A program made the position numbers and the translations under genes. The notes beneath the pieces were generated by a model. That model ran no database searches. It was not told where the DNA came from and saw nothing but the letters and a program-made list of their open reading frames with translations. A stretch of 43,090 bases of DNA from Squalus acanthias. Taxonomy: Eukaryota. The stretch is taken from positions 310,001 to 353,090 of the forward strand of contig JASTWF010000495.1 in the NCBI GenBank assembly GCA_030390025.1, written 5' to 3'. Shown here piece after piece: positions 36,786-43,090 of the stretch (position 1 is the stretch's first letter; each line of letters begins with the position of its first letter).

Positions 36786-37350
36786 GTCTGGTTTCAGGCC
36801 ATTAAATATCTTATTCAATGCGGTCTACACAAATTTACACCAACCAGAATTTCACCGTGCACAATAAAAGTCTGGTTTTTAATAGGTTAATTAACCTCAA
36901 TAACTCCAATTCAATCCAGATTAATTTTTTTTAAACTAACCAGTATCGCTTGGAAAAGAAACCATAGCCACATTTACAAAGAAACAATTACCCATGCCCT
37001 GTAAACATTCAAATTCATTTTCTTCCAGGCACATTGGCAACTGTGACTTCAAGGCTGAAGCTTATCTTTTGTAAAACAATTAACAAACTTAAAACAACAC
37101 ACGCTTGTCCATCCTTCAAGACAAGTCTTCAAAGGGTTAAACAGCTTTTAGTGCTCTATACAAAAGAGTGGGTGGACCTAAAACAAAAATGACAGACACC
37201 TTTTTTTAAAGACAGACTTTCAGACAAAATAAATACTGTAACTTCTTAAACATTCACAGTCAGGTAAACTTTTAATCTTTTAACACACACTTTCACACAT
37301 ACTGAGATCCCAGCATTCCTTTTAAGATTCCTTTCACTCAACAAATCTTG

Positions 37351-38728
37351 GTTCCCTCATCCAAATCATTGATATATATTGTGAATAGCTGGGGCCCAAG
37401 CACTGATCCCTACGGCACCCCACTAGTCACCGCCTGCCACCCCGAAAAAGACCCATTTATTCCTACTCTGTTTCCTGTCTGTTAACCAATTTTCAATCCA
37501 TGCCAGTATATTACCCCCAATCCCATGTGCTTTAATTTTGCACACTAACCTCTTATGTAGGACTTTATCAAAAGCCTTCTGAAAATCCAAATACACCATA
37601 TCCACTGGTTCTCCCTTATCTATTCTACCAGTTACATCCTCAAAAAACTCCAGTAGGTTTGTCAAACACAATTTCCCTTTCATAAATCCATGTTGACTTT
37701 GTCTAATCCCGTTGATATTTTCTAAGTGTCCTGTCACATCCTTTATAATAGACTCTAGTATTTTCCCTACTACTGATGTTAGACTAACGGGTCTGTAGTT
37801 CCCTGTTTTCTCTCTACCTCCTTTTTTAAATAGTGGGGTTACATTTGCTACATTCCAATCCACGGGAACTGTTCCATAATCTATAGAATTTTGGAAGATG
37901 ACAACCAATGAATCCACTATTTCCATGGTTACCTCTTTTAGTACTCTGGGATGCAGATTATCAGGCCCTGGGGATTTATCGGCTTTCAGTCCCATTAATT
38001 TCTCCAGTGCTTTTTTTTATTAATACTAATTTCCTTTAATTCCTCCTTCTTACTAGACCATGGATTCCCTAGCATTTTTGGGAAGTTATTTGTTTCCTCT
38101 TCTGTGAAGATAGAACCAAAGTATTTGTTTAATTGCTCTGCCATTTCCTTGTTCCACATTATAAATTCTCTCGTTTCTGACTGTAAGGGACCTACATTTG
38201 TCTTCACTAATCTTTTTCTTTTTACATACTTGTAGAAGATTTTACAATCCGCTTTTATGTTCCTTGCAAGTTTACTCCCATACTCTATTTTTCCCCTCTT
38301 AATCAATCTCTTGGTCCTTTTTTGCTGAACTCTAAACTGCTCCCAATCCTCAGGCTTGCTACTTTTTCTGGCAACTTTATATGACTCCTCTTTGGATCTA
38401 ATACTATCCTTAATTTATTTTGTTAGCCATGGTTGGGCCGCTTTTCCTTTTGTGTTTTTGCGCCAGAAAGGAATGTATAACTGTTTCAAATCATACATTC
38501 GTTCCTTAAATGTTAGCCATTGCCTATCCGCCATCAAGCCTTTTAATGAAGCTTCCCCATCTATCATAGCCAACTCACTCCTCATACCTTCCTAGTTTGC
38601 TTTGTTTAGATTTAGGACCCCAGCTTCGGATTGGACTTCTTCACTTTCCATATTAATGAAGAATTTTATCATGTCATGGTCACTCTTCCTTAAAGGACAC
38701 CCGCACAACAAGATTATTAACTAACCCT
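37351..38728 (-). mobile_element. CR1 ORF2 internal fragment (end of EN to mid-RT)
   Basis: GLVNNLVV..KSPGPDNLHPRVLKE..YLDFQKAFD..IYINDLDEGT; closely similar to 26930-28320. Confidence 0.92.
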
Positions 38729-39175
38729 GAAGTGCTGGGTCTGATTTCGCCCCCTGGGCTGTTTCACTGCGGTAAAGGCGCTGCCTCGATGCAAGTTGTT
38801 GTTGGTGGTGAGCGAGGCTTCCTCCATTGTCTTTTCTCCCGCGCTCTCAGCCGCTTCTGGCCGTTGATTGGACGCCCCGGTGAGGTGAGAGGTTAGCAGG
38901 CGGTGAGCGCGGGCCGGCGGTTGGTGCTCGCGCCACCGCCCCCACCCGAAACCGCCTCCCTCCCTGTTCTCGCGGCGCGCCGGTGACGCAAACACGTACA
39001 GCGTCCTCGTTACGTCACACCGAGGGGCGCGAGCTGGCCCCTCACGCGTTCTTTGATTGGTTCACGGTCCGCGAGCGGCTGCCGCTCTGTTTCTGTGTCC
39101 CCGCGAGGCCGGGCCCGCCGCCATTTCCCAGGCTGCCGATTGGAGGCGCAACGCGGCGAGGAGTCCCTCGGCATT
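38729..39175. promoter_or_regulatory. CpG island / promoter of an unidentified gene
   Basis: CpG-dense unique sequence; three ATTGG/CCAAT boxes (~38867, ~39056, ~39139), CRE-like TGACGCA and TTACGTCA (~38984, ~39010), GC box (~38936). Confidence 0.7.
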
Positions 39176-42100
39176 CAGCAACCGCTCCCACGGCCCTTAG
39201 CAATATCTCCCTTGGTCCTTAGCAACCAGTCCCTCGGCCCTTAGTAATATCTCCCTTGGTCCTTAGAAACCAGTCCCTCGTCCCTTAGTAACCGGTTCCT
39301 CGGCACTTAGCAACCGCTCCCTCGGTCCTTAGCAACCAGTCCCTCGGCATTTAGCAACCGCTCCTTTGGCCCTTTAGCAACAGGTCCCATGGCCCTTTGC
39401 GACTGGTCCTTGGTCCTTAGCAACCAGTCCCTCGGCCCTTAGCAACCGCTCCCTCGGCCCTTTAGCAACACCTCCCTTGGCCCTTGAGCAACCAGTCCTC
39501 GGTCCTTAGCAACCGATCCCATGGCCCTTTAGCAACCGATCCCAAGCCCTTTAGCAACCGGTCGTCGGTCCTTTGCAACAGGTCCTCGGTCCTTAGCAAC
39601 CGGTCCCATGGTCCCTTTGCTCTTAGCAACCGGTCCAGGTCCCTTGGCACGTAGCAACCAATCCCATGGTCCTTTAGCAACCGGTCCCAAGGCCCTTTAG
39701 CAACCGGTCCCTTGGCCCTTAGCAACAGGTCCATCGGCCGTTTAGCAACCGCTCCCTCGGCCCTTAGCAACCGCTCCATCGGCCCTTAGCAACTGCTCCC
39801 TCGGCCCTTAGCAACAGCTCCCTTGGTCCAAAGCAACCAGTCCCTCGGTCGTTAGTAACAGGTCCCTTGGCCCTTAGCAACAGGTCCCTTGGCCCTTAGC
39901 AACCGCTCCCTCGGGCCATAGCAACCGCTCCCTCGGGCCATAGCAACCACTCCCTCGGGCCATAGCAACCGGTCCCTCGGGCCATAGCAACCGGTCCCTC
40001 GGGCCATAGCAACCGGTCCCTCGGCCCTTAGCAACCGCTCCCTCGGCCCTTAGCAACCGCTCCCTCGGCCCTTAGCAACCCCTACTCGGTCCTTAGGAAT
40101 CGGTCCCTCGGCCCTTAGCAACCGCTCCCTCAGCCCTTATCAACCGATCCCATGGCCCTTTAGCAACCGGTCCCTTGGGCTTTAGCAACTGGTCCCTTGG
40201 GCCTTAGCAAACGCTCCCTTAGTCCTTAGCAACCGCTCCCTTGGTCCTTCGCAACCGGTCCCATGGCCCTGAGCAACTGGTCCCTCGGTCCTCCACAGTT
40301 ACTTCATACCAATGTGTCCCTGGAGATGGAGCACGCTGTGTCCCCGAGTACACTTGAGGCCTTCCGTGACCGGTGGGCACTGGAGGGACTCGACTTCTTC
40401 ATTACCACCCGGAATTGTATTTTAAGTTGATTACATTTGATTTAAGTTCGTTTAAGTTACAGTATAGGTTGTGCCCCTTTAAGAAGGGGGCACTTGCTTC
40501 TGTTTTATTGGTGATGGCATCAGCCAATCAATGTTATCAACCAATATGAATAAGCCAATGGTTCCTCAGTCCTTAGCAACTGGTCCCTTGGCCCTTAGCA
40601 ACCTGTCCCATGGCCCTTTAGCAACCGGTCCCTTGGCCCTTAGCAACAGGTCCCATGGCCTTTTAGCAACCAGTTCCTTGGCCCTTAGCAACCGGTCCTC
40701 GGTCTTTAGCAACAGGTCCCTTGGCCCTTAGCAACCGGTCCCATGGCCCATTAGCAACCGGTCTCTTGGCTCTTAGCAACCGGTCGCATGGCCCTTTAGC
40801 AACCACTCACTTGGGCCTTAGCAACCGGTCCCTCGGTCCTTAGCAACCGGTCCCTTGGACCTCCACAGTTACCTCATACCCATGTGTCCCTGGAGATGGA
40901 GCACGCTGTGTCCCCAAGTACACTTGAGGCCTTCCATTACCGGTGGGCACTGGATGGACTCGACTTCTTCATTACCACCCAGAATCGTATTTTAAGTTGA
41001 TTACATTTGATTTAAGTTAGTTTCTGTTACAGTATAGGTTGTGTCCCTTTAAGAAGGGGGCACTTGCTTCTGTTTATTGGTGATGGCATCAGCCAATCAA
41101 TGTTATCAACCAATAGGAATTAGCAAATGGTCCCTCAGTCTTTAGCAACCGGTTCCTCAGTCCTTAGCAAACGGTCCTCTGTCCTTAGCAACCGGTCCCT
41201 TGGCCCTTAGCAACCTGTCCCATAGCCCTTTAGCATCCGGTCCCATGGCCCTTTATTAACCGGTCCCATGGCCCTTTAGCAACAGGTCCCTTGGCCCTTA
41301 GCAACCGGTCCCATGGCTCTTAGGAACCGGGCCCTTAGCCCTTTAGTAACCAGTCCTCGGTCCTTAGGAACAGGTCCCTTGGCCCTTAGCAACCAGTCCC
41401 ATGGCTCTTTAGCAACCGGTCATTGCTCCTTAGCAACAGGTCCCTTGGCCCTTAGCAACCAGTCCCATGCACTTAGCAACCGGTCCCTTGGCCCTTTATC
41501 AACCGGTCCTCGGTCCTTAGCAACCTGTTCCATGGCAATTTAGCAATTGGTCCCTTGACTCTGAGCAACCGGTCCTCTGTCCTTAGCAACAGATCTCTTG
41601 GCACCTTTAGCAACCGGTCCCATGGCGCTTTAGCAACCGGTCCCTTGATTCTTAGAAACTGGTCCTCGGTCCTCAACAGTTACTTCATACCCGGGTGTCC
41701 CTGGAGATGGAGCACGCGGTGTCCCCGGGTACACTTGAGGCCTTCCATGACCGGTGGGCACCGGAGGGAATGGACTTCTTCATTACCACCCGGAATCGTA
41801 TTTTAAGTTGATTTATTACATTTGATTTAAGTTAGTTTAAGTTACAGTATAAGTTGTGCCCCTTTAAGAAGGGGGCACTTGCTTCTGTTTTATTGGTGAT
41901 GGCATCAGCGAATCATGTTTATCAACCAATAGGAATTAGCAACCAGTCCCTTGGCCCTTAGCAACCGGTCCCTTGGCCCTTAGCAACCGGTCCCTTGGCC
42001 CTTAGCAACCGGTCCAACGGAACTTAGCAACTGGTCCCTTGGCCCTTAGCAACCGGTCCCTTGGCCCTTAGCAACCGGTCCCATGGCCCTTTAGCAACCG

Positions 42101-42458
42101 GTCCCTTGGCCCTTAGCAACCGGTCCAACGGAACTTAGCAACTGGTCCCTCGGCCATTAGCAACCGGTCCCTTGGCCCTTTAGCAACCGGTCCCATGGCC
42201 CTTTAGCAACCGGTCCCATGGCCCTTTAGCAACTGGTCCCTCGCCTCTTAGCAACTGGTCCCTCGGCACTTAGCAACCGGTCCCACGGCCGCTAGCAACT
42301 GGTCCCACGGCCGCTAGCAACTGGTCCCACGGCCGCTAGCAACCGGTCCCACGGCCGTTAGCAACCGGTCCCTTGGCCCTTAGCAACCGGTCCCTTGGCC
42401 CTTTAACAACCGGTCCCTTGGTTTTTAGCAACATGTCCTCGGTCCTTAGCAACAGGTC
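39176..42458. repeat. 21-22-bp satellite (ccttagcaaccggtcccttgg) with three copies of a ~270-bp spacer; resumes at 43055
   Basis: More than 100 diverged copies; spacers at ~40291-40560, 40861-41128 and 41671-41940. Confidence 0.95.
40293..40500 (+). mobile_element. Probable Tx1-clade LINE 3' end (repeated at ~40863 and ~41673)
   Basis: Reads VSLEMEHAVSPSTLEAFRDRWALEGL..IL S*, resembling Tx1 ORF2 C-termini (from memory), followed by stem-loop GTGCCCCTT-TAAG-AAGGGGGCAC. Confidence 0.55.
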
Positions 42459-43054
42459 ATAGAGTTATACAGCACAGAAAGAGCCCCTACGGCCCATCGT
42501 GTCTGTGCCGGCCATCAAGCCCTATCTATTCTAATCCCATTTTCCAGCACTTGGTCCATAACCTTGTATGCTATGGCGTTTCAAGTGCTAATCTAAATGC
42601 CTCTTGAATGTTGTGAGGGTTCCTGCCTCTACCACCCTTTCAGGTAGTGAGTTCCAGATTCCAACCACCCTCTGGGTGAAAAAGTTTTTCCTCAAATTCC
42701 CTCTAAACCTCCTGCCCCTTACCTTGAAACTATGCCTCCTGGTTATTGACCCCTCTACTAAGGGGGAAAGTTCCTTTCTATCTACCCTATCCATGCCCCT
42801 CATCATTTTGTACACCTCAATCAGGTCCCCCCTCAGCCTTCTCTGCTCTAAGGAAAACAACCCCAGCCTGTCCAGTCTCTCTTCATAGCTGAAGCGCTCC
42901 AGCCCAGGTAACATCCTGGTGAATCTCCTCTGCACCCTCTCCAATGCAATCACATCCTTCCTATAGTGTGGCGACCAGAACTGCACACAGTATTCCAGCT
43001 GTGGCCTAACTAGTGTTTTGTACAGCTCCATCATAACCTCCCTGCTCTTATATT
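42459..43054 (-). mobile_element. CR1 3' fragment inserted in the satellite
   Basis: [42 protein letters not shown]. Confidence 0.92.
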
Positions 43055-43090
43055 CTTAGCAACCGATCCCATGGCCCTTGAGCAACCGTT

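Larger units (their letters stand above)
32403..37350 (-). mobile_element. Endogenous retrovirus (loki/spuma/SnRV-like): pol remnant, env, PPT and 3' LTR; no 5' LTR or gag recognised
   Basis: RT motifs NGFWSIP, QGFHNSP, YVDD, KYLG; connection motif RPVAYYSTKRDPVA; env; PPT; TG..CA LTR. The 5' boundary is approximate. Confidence 0.88.

Noticed and set aside
31709-38728. ERV inserted into a single CR1 (both flanks are minus-strand CR1)
   Set aside because: About 250 bp of RT is missing between the flanks, no TSD or 5' LTR is visible, and the pieces look like different subfamilies. Unresolved.

Overview
Repeat-rich vertebrate DNA, very probably from a cartilaginous fish: it carries HE1-like V-SINEs, Deu-type SINEs, CR1 and Penelope elements, and a class I gene of shark type. 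The one clear host gene is a complete MHC class I heavy-chain gene on the minus strand. It has 7 coding exons (18865->10211, 343 aa by manual splicing), a probable non-coding last exon and a well-formed X1-X2-Y promoter. It lacks several peptide-anchoring residues, so it is likely non-classical. Its alpha2 exon appears to use a GC splice donor that has been amplified into a ~55-copy minisatellite. Upstream of the gene lie nested LINE/DNA-transposon debris and an endogenous retrovirus (32403-37350, minus). The provirus has a decayed YVDD-type pol and a 3' LTR. Its env is nearly intact and has the layout and cysteine spacing of a paramyxovirus F protein (lokiretrovirus-like). The window ends with an orphan CpG-island promoter and a 3.3-kb satellite made of RFX/X-box-like motifs. 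All assignments come from reading the sequence by eye; no searches were run.
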